Source of the DNA: Lysobacterales bacterium
GTDB lineage: Bacteria; Pseudomonadota; Gammaproteobacteria; Xanthomonadales; SZUA-36
Direction: 5' to 3'
Assembly: GCA_013213875.1 (NCBI GenBank)
Contig: JABSSV010000369.1
Location: 1 to 33,275 of the forward strand
Length of the DNA: 33,275 nt
The translations under genes and the position numbers were made by a program. Positions 9,889-19,318 of the stretch are shown here, piece by piece (position 1 is the stretch's first letter; each line of letters opens with the position of its first letter). The notes below the pieces were generated by a model. It saw nothing but the letters and a program-made list of their open reading frames with translations, did no database searches and had not been told where the DNA came from.

Positions 9889-10628
9889 CAGCCCGCCCTG
9901 GCGCGGGCGCGTAACTGTTCGCCAGTGAGCCCGAAGCGCCGTTCCCTGGACTGGTAGGCGTTGATGGCCCGGTCCAGTTCTTCGCCGTTGAAGTCAGGCC
10001 AGAGTTTGTCGCTGAAGTAGAACTCCGTGTAGGCCGACTGCCAGAGCAGGAAGTTGCTGATGCGTTGTTCGCCGCCGGTGCGGATAAACAGGTCGGGATC
10101 GGGCGTGTCATGCAGGGCCAAAGCGCCGCCGAAGCTCTTCTCGTCGATAGCTGCGGGGTCTAAATCGCCGGCTTGTGCCTGTGCAGCCAGTTTTTGAGCT
10201 GCCTGCAGGATATCCCAGCGACCGCCGTAGTTGGCGGCCACATTCAGCTGGGTGCGCGTATTGCCCGCGGTCAGTTCCTGAGCGGCTTGCATGCGTTCCT
10301 GCAGCGCCGGATGAAAGGCTGAGCGATCACCAATAAAGCGCATGCGCACGCCGTGCTCATAGAGGCCCTTCATTTCCTTGTCGAGGGCGCTCATGAACAG
10401 GTCCATCAGGCGCGAAACCTCTTTTTCCGGGCGATTCCAGTTTTCACTGGAAAAGGCAAATACGGTCAGCGTCTTGATGCCGATTTTGGCGCCGTGCCGC
10501 GCGGTTCGCCGCAGGGCCCGCAGCCCGGCCTGATGGCCCAGGTTACGGGAGAGCTTGCGCCGCTCCGCCCAGCGGCCATTGCCGTCCATCACGATGGCGA
10601 CATGGCCCGGTAGCACGCGCTCCGACAT
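9888..10628 (-). CDS. uppS: Undecaprenyl diphosphate synthase
   Basis: HVAIVMDGNGRWA, FSSENWNRP and IRTGGEQRISNFLLWQ. Confidence 0.98.
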   Translation of the reverse strand: MSERVLPGHVAIVMDGNGRWAERRKLSRNLGHQAGLRALRRTARHGAKIGIKTLTVFAFSSENWNRPEKEVSRLMDLFMSALDKEMKGLYEHGVRMRFIGDRSAFHPALQERMQAAQELTAGNTRTQLNVAANYGGRWDILQAAQKLAAQAQAGDLDPAAIDEKSFGGALALHDTPDPDLFIRTGGEQRISNFLLWQSAYTEFYFSDKLWPDFNGEELDRAINAYQSRERRFGLTGEQLRARARAG

Positions 10629-11185
10629 CAGATTTCCAGCAGTTCCTTTTCTTTCTCCGCCACGATGGTGTCCACTTCTGACACCATCTGGTCGGTGATC
10701 TGCTGCACCTCTGTTTCACCGCGCCGCTCTTCGTCCTCGGAAATCTCCTTTTCCTTTTCCAGCTCCTTCAGGGAGGTGTTGGCATCGCGTCGGATATTGC
10801 GGATGGCGATTTTGGCGTTCTCGCCCTCCTGATGCACCACGCGCCCCAGGTCACGACGGCGCTCTTCCGTCAGCGGGGGCAGGGGAATGCGGATGACCTC
10901 GCCGGCAGAGGTGGGGTTCAGTCCCAGATCCGAGGTCATGATGGCTTTCTCAATGGTGCCGGTCATGGACTTGTCAAAAGGCGTGACGGCCAGGGTCCGG
11001 GCATCCTCTACCTTGACGTTGGCGGCCTGGCTGATAGGCACCTGGCTACCGTAGTAATCCACCTGAACATGTTCCAGCAAGCTGGGATGGGCGCGCCCGG
11101 TACGGATTTTTTTCAGTTCATTCCGCAGCGCGTCCAGCGACTTGCGCATGCGGATTTTCGTATCTTTTTTGATGTCTTCCAGCAT
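10628..11185 (-). CDS. frr: Ribosome recycling factor
   Basis: [16 protein letters not shown] and [11 protein letters not shown] motifs. Confidence 0.98.
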   Translation of the reverse strand: MLEDIKKDTKIRMRKSLDALRNELKKIRTGRAHPSLLEHVQVDYYGSQVPISQAANVKVEDARTLAVTPFDKSMTGTIEKAIMTSDLGLNPTSAGEVIRIPLPPLTEERRRDLGRVVHQEGENAKIAIRNIRRDANTSLKELEKEKEISEDEERRGETEVQQITDQMVSEVDTIVAEKEKELLEI

Positions 11186-11249
11186 GGTTTACTCCCATTA
11201 CAGGCCGGTGGCTCGGGTCTCGGGACCGGGCACGGCAGTCAGGCGTGAA

Positions 11250-11258
11250 ATTCTAGCA
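11250..11258 (-). promoter_or_regulatory. Putative extended -10 internal promoter for frr
   Basis: TGcTAGAAT on the - strand in the pyrH-frr intergenic region. Confidence 0.5.
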
Positions 11259-11293
11259 GTTATCCGCCCGCGGTTGCGGATGGAAGCGGTGCG

Positions 11294-12007
11294 TCAGTGA
11301 ACGATGGATCCCACCGGGTGTCCGGTAACCAACTTCATCAGGTTGCCGGATTCGAACACGTTGAAGACGCGAATGGGCATTTCCTGCTCACGGCAGAGCA
11401 CGATCGCGTTGGCGTCCATGACGCGCAGCTTGCCCTCGATGACTTCGTCATAGGACAGGGATTCGTAGCGCGAGGCTTCTTTTACCAGTTTCGGATCGGC
11501 CGTGTAGATGCCGTCGACCTTGGTGGCCTTGAGTACGATGTCAGCCCCGATCTCAATCGCGCGCAGCGCGGCGGCCGTATCGGTGGTGAAGAAGGGATTG
11601 CCGGTACCGGCTGCACAGATGACCACGCGGCCTTTCTGCAGGTGCCGTACAGCGCGCCGGCGGATGTAGTCTTCGCACACGTCGTGAATGGCCAGGGCGG
11701 ACATGACCCGGGCCGGGGTGCCGTTCTTTTCCAGCGCGTCCTGCAGCGCCAGGGAGTTCATAACCGTGGCCAGCATGCCCATATGGTCGCCGGTAACCCG
11801 GTCGATACCCGACTGGGCCAGGCCAGCGCCGCGAAAGATGTTGCCGCCGCCGATCACTACGGCGACCTCTACCCCGGCGCCGTTGACCTCACGGATTTCT
11901 CCGGCGATCCGCTCAAGGATGAGCGGATCAATGCCGTAGTCTTCGCCGCCCAGCAGTGCTTCACCGCTGAGTTTAAGTAGAATGCGTTGATAGACCGGTG
12001 TGCTCAC
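11294..12007 (-). CDS. pyrH: UMP kinase
   Basis: [19 protein letters not shown] and [11 protein letters not shown] start at 12007 with an AGGAG RBS. Confidence 0.97.
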   Translation of the reverse strand: MSTPVYQRILLKLSGEALLGGEDYGIDPLILERIAGEIREVNGAGVEVAVVIGGGNIFRGAGLAQSGIDRVTGDHMGMLATVMNSLALQDALEKNGTPARVMSALAIHDVCEDYIRRRAVRHLQKGRVVICAAGTGNPFFTTDTAAALRAIEIGADIVLKATKVDGIYTADPKLVKEASRYESLSYDEVIEGKLRVMDANAIVLCREQEMPIRVFNVFESGNLMKLVTGHPVGSIVH

Positions 12008-12023
12008 AGGGACTCCTGTTGAA

Positions 12024-12887
12024 TCAGCTGCCGGCCACCTGTTGCATGACCTCTTCAGCGAAGTTCTCTTCTTTCTTCTCGATGCCTTCGCCAACGGCGA
12101 GACGCGTGAATCCTTTCACAGACGCACCCTTCTGATCAAGCAGTTTGCCGACGGTAACATCGCCGTCTTTTACAAATGGCTGACCCACCAGGGTGATCTC
12201 GGCCAGGAACTTGCGCAGGCGACCTTCCACCATCTTTTCGATGATCTCAGCCGGTTTGCCGGAATCGGCAGCCTGAGCGACCAGGATTTCTTTTTCCTTG
12301 TTCAGTACCTCGGCCGGTACCTCATCAGCCGTGGCATAGGCCGGGCTCAGGGCAGCCACGTGCATGGCCAGATCTTTAGCCAGCTCTTCATCACCGCCTT
12401 CCAGTTCCACCAGCACGCCAATGCGGCCGCCGTGGATGTAGGAGCCGATGGTGCCTTCGCTGGACAGGCCGGCCATGCGGCGTACCTGAATGTTTTCACC
12501 CAGCTTGGCAACCAGCGCCTGGCGAGCGTCTTCCACGGACGCGCCGTCCAGCGCTGCGGCCTGCAGTGCTTCTACGCTGTCCACGTCCAGGGCTGCCTGC
12601 GCGACCGCGTTTGCGAATGCCAGGAAGTTGTCGTCCTTGGCCACGAAGTCGGTTTCCGAGTTGACCTCGACCAGCACGGCGCGTGCGCCCTGCTGGGCCA
12701 CAACGACTTTGCCCTCGGCGGCAACGCGGCCGGCTTTCTTGTCGGCTTTGGCCAAACCTGATTTGCGCAGGTTTTCAATGGCCGTATCCATGTCGCCGTT
12801 GGTCTCTACCAGGGCTTTTTTGCATTCCATCATGCCAGCGCCGGTGCGCTCGCGGAGTTCTTTAACCAATGCAGCTGTCACTGCCAT
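12024..12887 (-). CDS. tsf: Elongation factor Ts
   Basis: [19 protein letters not shown] and [11 protein letters not shown]. Confidence 0.98.
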   Translation of the reverse strand: MAVTAALVKELRERTGAGMMECKKALVETNGDMDTAIENLRKSGLAKADKKAGRVAAEGKVVVAQQGARAVLVEVNSETDFVAKDDNFLAFANAVAQAALDVDSVEALQAAALDGASVEDARQALVAKLGENIQVRRMAGLSSEGTIGSYIHGGRIGVLVELEGGDEELAKDLAMHVAALSPAYATADEVPAEVLNKEKEILVAQAADSGKPAEIIEKMVEGRLRKFLAEITLVGQPFVKDGDVTVGKLLDQKGASVKGFTRLAVGEGIEKKEENFAEEVMQQVAGS

Positions 12888-12961
12888 GGGACTTACCTCT
12901 CAATCAATGCGTTCAGATGTCCAAACCCTGCGTGGCGGGATTGGGCGTAACGGGCCCGGGC

Positions 12962-12981
12962 GGCGCCGCTGCTGCGGCGCC
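12962..12981 (-). promoter_or_regulatory. GC-rich hairpin between rpsB and tsf (attenuator or mRNA stabiliser)
   Basis: GGCGCCGC-tgct-GCGGCGCC perfect 8-bp stem just after the rpsB stop, with no strong U tract. Confidence 0.5.
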
Positions 12982-12993
12982 CCTGGGTCAGCC

Positions 12994-14073
12994 TTAGCTG
13001 TCGTCTTCGGCCTTGTCGGCTTTCGGCTCAGCGGCTTTTTCCTCTTTCGCGCTGTCAGCTTTTTTCGCTGCTGCCTTCTTGGTCACCTTCTTTTTAGCGA
13101 CTTTCTTCTTGGGCGCAGCTTTCTTGCTGACCTTCTTGGCCGCCGGCTTGGCTTTCTCTTCCGCGGCGGGCTGCTCGTCAGCCTTGGCTTCGTCCTTCGC
13201 TTTTGCCGGTGCTTTCTCTTCAGCATCGGCTACCGCTTCTTTCTTCGGTGCCGCTTTCTTGCTGACTTTCTTGCTCACTTTTTTGCGTGCCGGCTTTTTG
13301 GCTTCTTCTTTCTTGCCGCGGGCGCGCTTGACCGGGTTGCCATCGGCATCCAGCTCGACGAACTCATCGTTGGCGTCTTCCGGGGCTGGCATGGAGGCGC
13401 GACCTTCCAGAATTGAGTCAGCGACCAGCTGCGCATAGAGACGGACCGAACGGATCGCGTCGTCATTGCCCGGGATCACATAGTTAATGCCTTCCGGAGA
13501 GCAGTTCGTATCCACCACCGCGATGACCGGAATGCCCAGTTTCTTCGCTTCCTTGATGGCAATATCTTCGTGGCTGACGTCCACCACAAACATGGCGTCA
13601 GGCAGACCTTTCATATCCTTAATGCCGCCCAAGGGGCGCTCCAGTTTCTCCTGCTCGCGCTGCAGCTGCAGAATTTCTTTCTTCTGCAGGTGGGAGAAGG
13701 AACCGTCCTCAGCCGACTGCTCAAGGTGCTTGAGGCGCTTGATGGACTGGCGAATGGTACGGAAGTTGGTCAGCATGCCGCCCAGCCAGCGGTGGGACAC
13801 GAAGGGCATGCCGCAGCGCTGTGCTTCTTCCTGAATCGCTTGTGAAGCAGCGCGCTTGGTGCCGACGAAAATAATGTTGCCGCGGCGTGCTGCCAGACCG
13901 CTGGTGTAGTTCAACGCGTCCACCATCAGCGGCAGCGTTTTCTCCAGGTTGATGATGTGAATCTTGCCCCGGGCGCCGAAAATAAACGGGGCCATTTTGG
14001 GGTTCCAGTAACGGGTCTGATGACCGAAATGCACGCCTGCTTCAAGCATTTGGCGCATGGTGACGTCTGCCAT
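12994..14073 (-). CDS. rpsB: 30S ribosomal protein S2 with a long Lys/Ala-rich C-terminal extension
   Basis: [28 protein letters not shown] and [12 protein letters not shown] start at 14073. Confidence 0.98.
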   Translation of the reverse strand: MADVTMRQMLEAGVHFGHQTRYWNPKMAPFIFGARGKIHIINLEKTLPLMVDALNYTSGLAARRGNIIFVGTKRAASQAIQEEAQRCGMPFVSHRWLGGMLTNFRTIRQSIKRLKHLEQSAEDGSFSHLQKKEILQLQREQEKLERPLGGIKDMKGLPDAMFVVDVSHEDIAIKEAKKLGIPVIAVVDTNCSPEGINYVIPGNDDAIRSVRLYAQLVADSILEGRASMPAPEDANDEFVELDADGNPVKRARGKKEEAKKPARKKVSKKVSKKAAPKKEAVADAEEKAPAKAKDEAKADEQPAAEEKAKPAAKKVSKKAAPKKKVAKKKVTKKAAAKKADSAKEEKAAEPKADKAEDDS

Positions 14074-14151
14074 TGGTGTCTTCCTATTAAAGGGAACGCC
14101 ACAGCGAAGGCGGCCAGCAAGGCTGGCACCGTCAGCGCAGGGCTGATTCCC

Positions 14152-14233
14152 GGGTTTGTCCTCCACTTGCCCTGTCCGGAAACCCTGTTTTCATGTCAGG
14201 GCACCCAACCGAACCGTTGCGGCAAGTGTGCGT
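14152..14233 (-). promoter_or_regulatory. rpsB 5' leader (t44-like S2 autoregulatory RNA element)
   Basis: The - strand reads CACAC...GGGTGCCC...GGGT...GTGGAGG..AACCC, the same block order as the gammaproteobacterial rpsB leader. CACTTGCC pairs with GGCAAGTG. Confidence 0.75.
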
Positions 14234-14307
14234 ATTTTCCACCCCGTAGAACCGCAGTCCCGGATGGAATGAGTTTTTACCTGAAGGTGCGGCGGGCCGC
14301 TGATTCA

Positions 14308-14345
14308 GGCGCGCGCATGGTACTAGAAGCGCGTTGGAAGTACAA
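14308..14345 (-). promoter_or_regulatory. sigma70 promoter of the rpsB-tsf operon
   Basis: TTGTAC (14345-14340), 17-nt spacer, TACCAT (14322-14317), then a GC-rich discriminator GCGCGCGCC typical of stringently controlled promoters. Confidence 0.7.
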
Positions 14346-14370
14346 GCCGCACCTTGGCGGCTCTGCGGGC

Positions 14371-15627
14371 CTAGTCCGGACGCCGCAGGTCTTCAAGCAT
14401 GGCCTTCAGGAAGCGCGCTGCCTCACCACCCGTGCAGGCGCGATGGTCAAAGGTGAGCGACAAGGGCATGATGCGATGCACCTCAAAGCCGCCCAGCACA
14501 GGCACCACTTCGTGTCGGCTTTTGCCAGCGGCCACGATGCACACGCAGGGCGGATTGATGATGGGCGTGGCATAGCGGCCAGCGAAGACCCCAAAGTTGG
14601 ACAACATAATGGTGTAGTCACGCAGGTCTTCCGGCGGAATGGAGCGATTCTTGACGTTGACCTTCAGGCGGTCGATGGAAGCGCGCACCTGTTCCGGCGT
14701 ATTGCTGTTAACGCGACGTAGGGCAGCGGCGAACAGCCCATCCGGTGTATCCACGGCCATACCCACGTCCATATTCTTGTGGATCATGCGCATGCCCTTG
14801 TCGCCGTCGTACCAGGCGTTCAGTCCCGGTTCCACACAGGCCCCGGCCCACAGGGCCCGCAGCAGGCGTACCGTGACGTCCTGGCGGTGATCCCAGGCGT
14901 GAATGTCAGCGTCGTCCATAAGCGTGGTGGCTACCACCTGCGCATGGGATTCGCTCATCACTCGCGCCATGGTGCGGCGCGTGCCCCGGATAGGCTCCCA
15001 CTCACCGGTTGCGGCAGCGGGTGCCGGCGGTGGCGTCGCTGGAGCGGCTGCCGCTGGTGCCGGGCTAGCCGGTGCGGCGGGGGCAGCAGCGGGCGGGTTC
15101 TTGGCTGCCGCTTCCACATCAGCCCGGGTTACCACGCCATCCTTGCCGGTAGCCGTGACCTGTGCCAAGTCCACCTTCAGTTTGCGTGCCATGGCACGAA
15201 CCGCCGGGGTCACCTTGATGCCGGCCACGCTGGAAACGGTCTCCCGCACCAGTTGATCCGATGTTTCCATAGCCCCAACAACGGTACCGCTGTCAGCGCG
15301 CGTATCCTGATCGCCACCGGCGTCCGACGCGGCCTCTGCCTCCGTGGCTGACGCATCGGCCTCGGGCGCATCATCGGCAGCATCCGACCCGTCACCGATA
15401 TCGAATCCGGCCAGAGGCTTGCCCGTTTCAATCACGTCTCCGGCCTGACCAAAACACTTCACCAGTTTGCCCGTGAACGGTGAGGGGACTTCTACCACGG
15501 CCTTGGCCGTCTCCATATTGATCATGGGCTGATCGAGCGTCAGTTCGTCGCCCTCGGCGACCAGCCACTCAACGATTTCCGCATCCGGCAGGCCTTCGCC
15601 CAGGTCCGGCAGGTTAAAGATCTTCAT
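14371..15627 (-). CDS. 2-oxoacid dehydrogenase E2 (dihydrolipoamide acyltransferase), probably branched-chain type
   Basis: Lipoyl domain (LPDLGEGL...METAKAVVEV), E3-binding domain (TPAVRAMARKL), Ala/Pro linker and catalytic FDHRACTG. Confidence 0.92.
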   Translation of the reverse strand: MKIFNLPDLGEGLPDAEIVEWLVAEGDELTLDQPMINMETAKAVVEVPSPFTGKLVKCFGQAGDVIETGKPLAGFDIGDGSDAADDAPEADASATEAEAASDAGGDQDTRADSGTVVGAMETSDQLVRETVSSVAGIKVTPAVRAMARKLKVDLAQVTATGKDGVVTRADVEAAAKNPPAAAPAAPASPAPAAAAPATPPPAPAAATGEWEPIRGTRRTMARVMSESHAQVVATTLMDDADIHAWDHRQDVTVRLLRALWAGACVEPGLNAWYDGDKGMRMIHKNMDVGMAVDTPDGLFAAALRRVNSNTPEQVRASIDRLKVNVKNRSIPPEDLRDYTIMLSNFGVFAGRYATPIINPPCVCIVAAGKSRHEVVPVLGGFEVHRIMPLSLTFDHRACTGGEAARFLKAMLEDLRRPD

Positions 15628-16604
15628 GAGACTTCCAGCACCTCCGTAACAGCGTTCAGGATGCGCCCGACGCTGGGCATGTATTTCATTTCCATCTTGT
15701 ACAGCGGCATGACCGAGTCATAGCCGGTGACGCGCCGCACGGGCGCATGCAAATTATAGAGGCCTGCATCAGCCAGGTTGGCGGCAATCTCCGCGCCCAC
15801 GCCGCACATGCGGGCCGCTTCATGCACGATGACGCAGCGGCCGGTCTTTTCCACCGACTCGATAATCGTATCCATATCCAGCGGGCTAATGGTTGCCACA
15901 TCGATGACTTCCGCGCTTACGCCCTGTTCAGCCAGCTTGTCGGCCGCCTCCAGCGTTTCCTTGACCATGGCACCCCAGGTCACCAGGGTGATGTCCGTGC
16001 CATCGCGCAGCACGTAGCAAACGTCTAACGGCAGGTCTTCGCCGTTATCTTCTACCTCTTCCTTGTTAAGCCGATAGATTCGCTTCGGCTCCAGGAACAC
16101 CACCGGATCCGGGTCGCGGATGGCTGCCAGCAGCAGTCCGTAGGCACGCGAGGGGGATGAGGGAATCACCACGCGGAGCCCCGGAATGTGTGCAAACAGG
16201 GCTTCCGTACTTTCCGAGTGATGTTCCGGCGCATGGATGCCGCCGCCGAAGGGTGCTCGCAGCACCATGGGGCAGCTCAGGCGTCCACGGGTCCGGTGTC
16301 GCATGCGCGCTGCGTGGCAGATCATGTGGTCGACCATGGCATAGATAAAGCCCATGAACTGGGCTTCCGCTACCGGCTTCATGCCCTGGGCTGCCATGCC
16401 GATGGAGAGGCCGGCGATCATGGTCTCTGCCAGCGGCGTATCAATAACGCGCTCATCACCGAAGCGCTGAGCGAGCCCGGCGGTTGCACGAAATACGCCG
16501 CCGTTGATGCCCACGTCTTCACCCAGCACCACCACCGAGTCGTCGTTGGCCATTTCCCAGGCCAGCGCCATGGTGACGGCTTCTACCATTGCAACGTTCG
16601 CCAT
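15624..16604 (-). CDS. 2-oxoacid dehydrogenase E1 beta subunit
   Basis: GEDVGINGGVFRAT, DTPLAE, HHSESTEA and DPDPVVFLEPK. Confidence 0.95.
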   Translation of the reverse strand: MANVAMVEAVTMALAWEMANDDSVVVLGEDVGINGGVFRATAGLAQRFGDERVIDTPLAETMIAGLSIGMAAQGMKPVAEAQFMGFIYAMVDHMICHAARMRHRTRGRLSCPMVLRAPFGGGIHAPEHHSESTEALFAHIPGLRVVIPSSPSRAYGLLLAAIRDPDPVVFLEPKRIYRLNKEEVEDNGEDLPLDVCYVLRDGTDITLVTWGAMVKETLEAADKLAEQGVSAEVIDVATISPLDMDTIIESVEKTGRCVIVHEAARMCGVGAEIAANLADAGLYNLHAPVRRVTGYDSVMPLYKMEMKYMPSVGRILNAVTEVLEVS

Positions 16605-17677
16605 TACTTGAGCTCCTCCAGCGCGCGTTCCCGCTGGGCGGCCAGGTCATGCGGCAGCTCGGCGTACATATAATCAAACATGGACTCGATGGACGGTTTG
16701 CCCAGGTCGAGATATTCCTTAACGGCCGCATCCACCTCGGCTGCCGCTTCCTTTTCCAGAGCCGCTTCCTGCTCGTCGCTCCACTGGTCCTGCGCGGTCA
16801 GGTAGCGCCGCAGCCGCACAATGGGTTCCTGTTTCCAGGCTGCGTCCACCTCTTCCGTGTCCCGATAGCGGGTGGCGTCATCTGCGGTCGTGTGGTCTGA
16901 CAGGCGGTAGGTGATCATCTCCACCACCGTGCCACCCTTACCGGCCCGCGCTCCGGCGATGGCTTCGTCCATGGCCCAGCGGGCAGCAATCACGTCGTTA
17001 CCGTCCACCTGAATGGAGGGCAGGCCACCGGCGATACCTTTTTGCGCCAGGGTCTCCGCCGTGTTCTGTTTGGAGCGGGGTACGGAAATGGCCCACTGAT
17101 TGTTCACGATCACCAGCACCAGCGGCAGTTCAAAGGCACTGGCCGCGTTGATGGCTTCGAGAAAGTCACCTTTCGAGCTGCCACCGTCACCGACCACAGA
17201 CACGGCGACCCGGGCCTCGCCCCGCAGTTTATAGGCCAGCGCTGCGCCGGCAGCGTGCAGGCACTGGGTTGCGATCGGTACGCACCAGGCAAAGTCGTGC
17301 GCAGGGCCGGCAAAGTCACTGCCACGCTCATCGCCACCCCAGTAGTTGAGTACGTCAGACATTTTGACGCCGCGACAGAACTGGGCGCCGTACTCACGGT
17401 ACATGGGCGCAAAACAGTCTTCCTGTTGCATGGCGCTGCCGATGGCCATGTGGGCCGCTTCATGGCCTAGGCAGGAGGCATAGGTGCCCAGCTTGCCCGT
17501 GCGCTGCAGCGCGATAGCCTTCTTATCGAAGACGCGGGTTTTGACCATGAGCTTGTAGAGGCGAAGCAGTTCCTCAAAATCGGTGGCCAGGGGCGGAACC
17601 TTGCCCTCTACCAGGTGGCCGTCGGGCGTCAGGAACTGGAAAAAGTCGATCTTAAAAGAGGCAACAGTAGCCGGCAT
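16604..17677 (-). CDS. 2-oxoacid dehydrogenase E1 alpha subunit
   Basis: TPP motif GDG...NNQW and YRLSDHTTADD. Real start is the ATG at 17677 with an AAGGA RBS; the longer track ORF overlaps the divergent TDO gene. Confidence 0.93.
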   Translation of the reverse strand: MPATVASFKIDFFQFLTPDGHLVEGKVPPLATDFEELLRLYKLMVKTRVFDKKAIALQRTGKLGTYASCLGHEAAHMAIGSAMQQEDCFAPMYREYGAQFCRGVKMSDVLNYWGGDERGSDFAGPAHDFAWCVPIATQCLHAAGAALAYKLRGEARVAVSVVGDGGSSKGDFLEAINAASAFELPLVLVIVNNQWAISVPRSKQNTAETLAQKGIAGGLPSIQVDGNDVIAARWAMDEAIAGARAGKGGTVVEMITYRLSDHTTADDATRYRDTEEVDAAWKQEPIVRLRRYLTAQDQWSDEQEAALEKEAAAEVDAAVKEYLDLGKPSIESMFDYMYAELPHDLAAQRERALEELK

Positions 17678-17827
17678 ATCAGGCGTCCTTTCAATTCCGG
17701 GTGGGCGGAAGGGAAGGTCGAAATCCCCCCCCGGGGCAGAAAAAAGTTGGCTATTATACTTCCGTTTTGACGGGGCAGGTCTAGCCGGCCCTTCGGGTAG
17801 CGGAAAACGCGTGGAGTGTGCACAGCT

Positions 17828-18685
17828 GTGAGTGAAGAAAAAGAGAACCGTCGTCCGCTCGAGGCGGGGATCAAAACCGCGCTGGCCGATCGCCTGACCT
17901 ACAGTGGCTACCTGGGGCTGGATCGATTGTTGTCGGCACAGGAACCGCTCAGCGACCCCCGCCATCACGATGAGATGCTGTTCATCGTGCAGCATCAGGT
18001 AGCGGAGCTCTGGATGAAGCTCATCATTCACGAACTTCGTGCGGCCTGCGAGCACATCGCCGCGGATAATCCCGGGCCGGTGAGCAAAATCCTGTCACGG
18101 GTGAAACAGGTGCAGCGCCAGCTGTCCGAGCAATGGTCCGTGCTGGCGACGCTAACGCCCACGGAATATGTCCAGTTCCGCGGCGCGCTGCGCTCTGCGT
18201 CCGGCTTTCAATCGCTGCAGTATCGTTTGGTGGAGTTCTTGCTCGGCAACAAGAACCACGAAATGATTAAGGTCTTTCGGCATGACCCGGAAGGTCAGGA
18301 AACCCTGCGTGATGCGCTGGAGGCCCCCAGCCTCTATGACGAGTTTCTCTGCTTTCTGGCGCGGCGCGGCCACGCCATCGACGGCCATCATTGCGAGCGG
18401 GACTGGTCCATACCGCACGTGCGCGACGAAGGTCTGGTGCCGGTTTATCAGCGCATCTATGAACAGCCCAACCGCTTTTGGGAGGAATACGAGCTGTGCG
18501 AGAAGCTCGTGGACGTGGAGGAAAGCTTCCAGCTATGGCGTTTCCGACACCTGCAAACGGTGGAGCGGGTGATTGGTTTCAAGGCGGGTACCGGTGGCTC
18601 TTCCGGCGTTGGCTTTCTGCGCAAGGCGCTGGATCTGACCTTCTTCCCGGAACTCATGGACGTGCGCACCGCCCTGGGCCAGTAG
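17828..18685 (+). CDS. kynA: Tryptophan 2,3-dioxygenase
   Basis: [25 protein letters not shown] and WRFRH...[19 protein letters not shown] at 17828 after GGAG is the likely start. Confidence 0.96.
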   Translation: MSEEKENRRPLEAGIKTALADRLTYSGYLGLDRLLSAQEPLSDPRHHDEMLFIVQHQVAELWMKLIIHELRAACEHIAADNPGPVSKILSRVKQVQRQLSEQWSVLATLTPTEYVQFRGALRSASGFQSLQYRLVEFLLGNKNHEMIKVFRHDPEGQETLRDALEAPSLYDEFLCFLARRGHAIDGHHCERDWSIPHVRDEGLVPVYQRIYEQPNRFWEEYELCEKLVDVEESFQLWRFRHLQTVERVIGFKAGTGGSSGVGFLRKALDLTFFPELMDVRTALGQ

Positions 18686-18702
18686 CGCGGAGCTTCCGGT
18701 GC

Positions 18703-19179
18703 CTAGGGCTGCTCCTGATCCGAGGCGTTCAGAGCCAAGGCTGCGGCCTGCAGTTTCTCCAGCAGCGCATCCAGTTGCGACCGTTCTGAGGCGCTGAGGC
18801 TGGTCAACAGCTGTTCCTCATAGTGCATAGCGAGCGGCACCACACGCCGGAAGAGAGTGCGGCCCTTGTCTTTCGTCAACCTCAGCAGTACGCGCCTGCG
18901 GTCTTCCTCATGATCTTCGCGCGCCACCAGTTCTTTTTCCACCAGCTTGGCTACCGCTCGGCTCACGGCCACCTTGTCCATCATGCCGCGGGCGCGAATC
19001 TGGGATGCCGTCAGGCCTGGAAAGCGCCCCAGAATGGCAATAACACGCCATTCGGTCACGCTAAGGCCATAGGCCGTGCGGTAGGCCAAGGAGATGCCCT
19101 CGCTGACCGTATTGGACAGCAGCGACAGGCGGTAGGGCAGGAAATGTTCGAGGTCAAAATGCTTCAGATCCTGCGACAT
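18703..19179 (-). CDS. MarR-family transcriptional regulator, probable regulator of the homogentisate pathway
   Basis: FLPYRLS, EWRVIA, MDKVAVSRAV and EDRR winged-helix pattern. Divergent from hppD. Confidence 0.92.
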   Translation of the reverse strand: MSQDLKHFDLEHFLPYRLSLLSNTVSEGISLAYRTAYGLSVTEWRVIAILGRFPGLTASQIRARGMMDKVAVSRAVAKLVEKELVAREDHEEDRRRVLLRLTKDKGRTLFRRVVPLAMHYEEQLLTSLSASERSQLDALLEKLQAAALALNASDQEQP

Positions 19180-19206
19180 GAACGGGGCTCCCTGGGTGCC
19201 TAATGC

Positions 19207-19235
19207 TTGCTAATAGTTACAATTGAAACTATTAT
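19207..19235 (+). promoter_or_regulatory. hppD promoter with overlapping palindromic operator
   Basis: TTGCTA, 17-nt spacer, TATTAT. The near-perfect 24-bp palindrome TAATAGTT-a-CAATTG-a-AACTATTA spans 19211-19234. Confidence 0.8.
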
Positions 19236-19318
19236 AACGGGCATGCTCGCAGCCCGCATCCCCGGCTGCCATTTAATTAACCCGGCCAGCCGGATTCCCG
19301 GTGGCCCCGGAGGACATC

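Noticed and set aside
13080-13290. Repeated TTTCTTGCTGAC/TTCTT units as a CRISPR array or DNA repeat
   Set aside because: They are irregular and degenerate, and fully explained by the Lys-rich S2 tail codons.
14990-15120. Low-complexity GC-rich repeats
   Set aside because: They encode the standard Ala/Pro linker of E2 subunits.
17725-17732. C8 homopolymer in the E1 alpha/kynA intergenic region as a phase-variation tract
   Set aside because: It is short, in a GC-rich genome, and next to metabolic genes not known for phase variation.
17678-18055. Apparent 125-aa N-terminal extension of E1 alpha
   Set aside because: It overlaps the divergent kynA gene and the promoter region; there is a good RBS and ATG at 17677.
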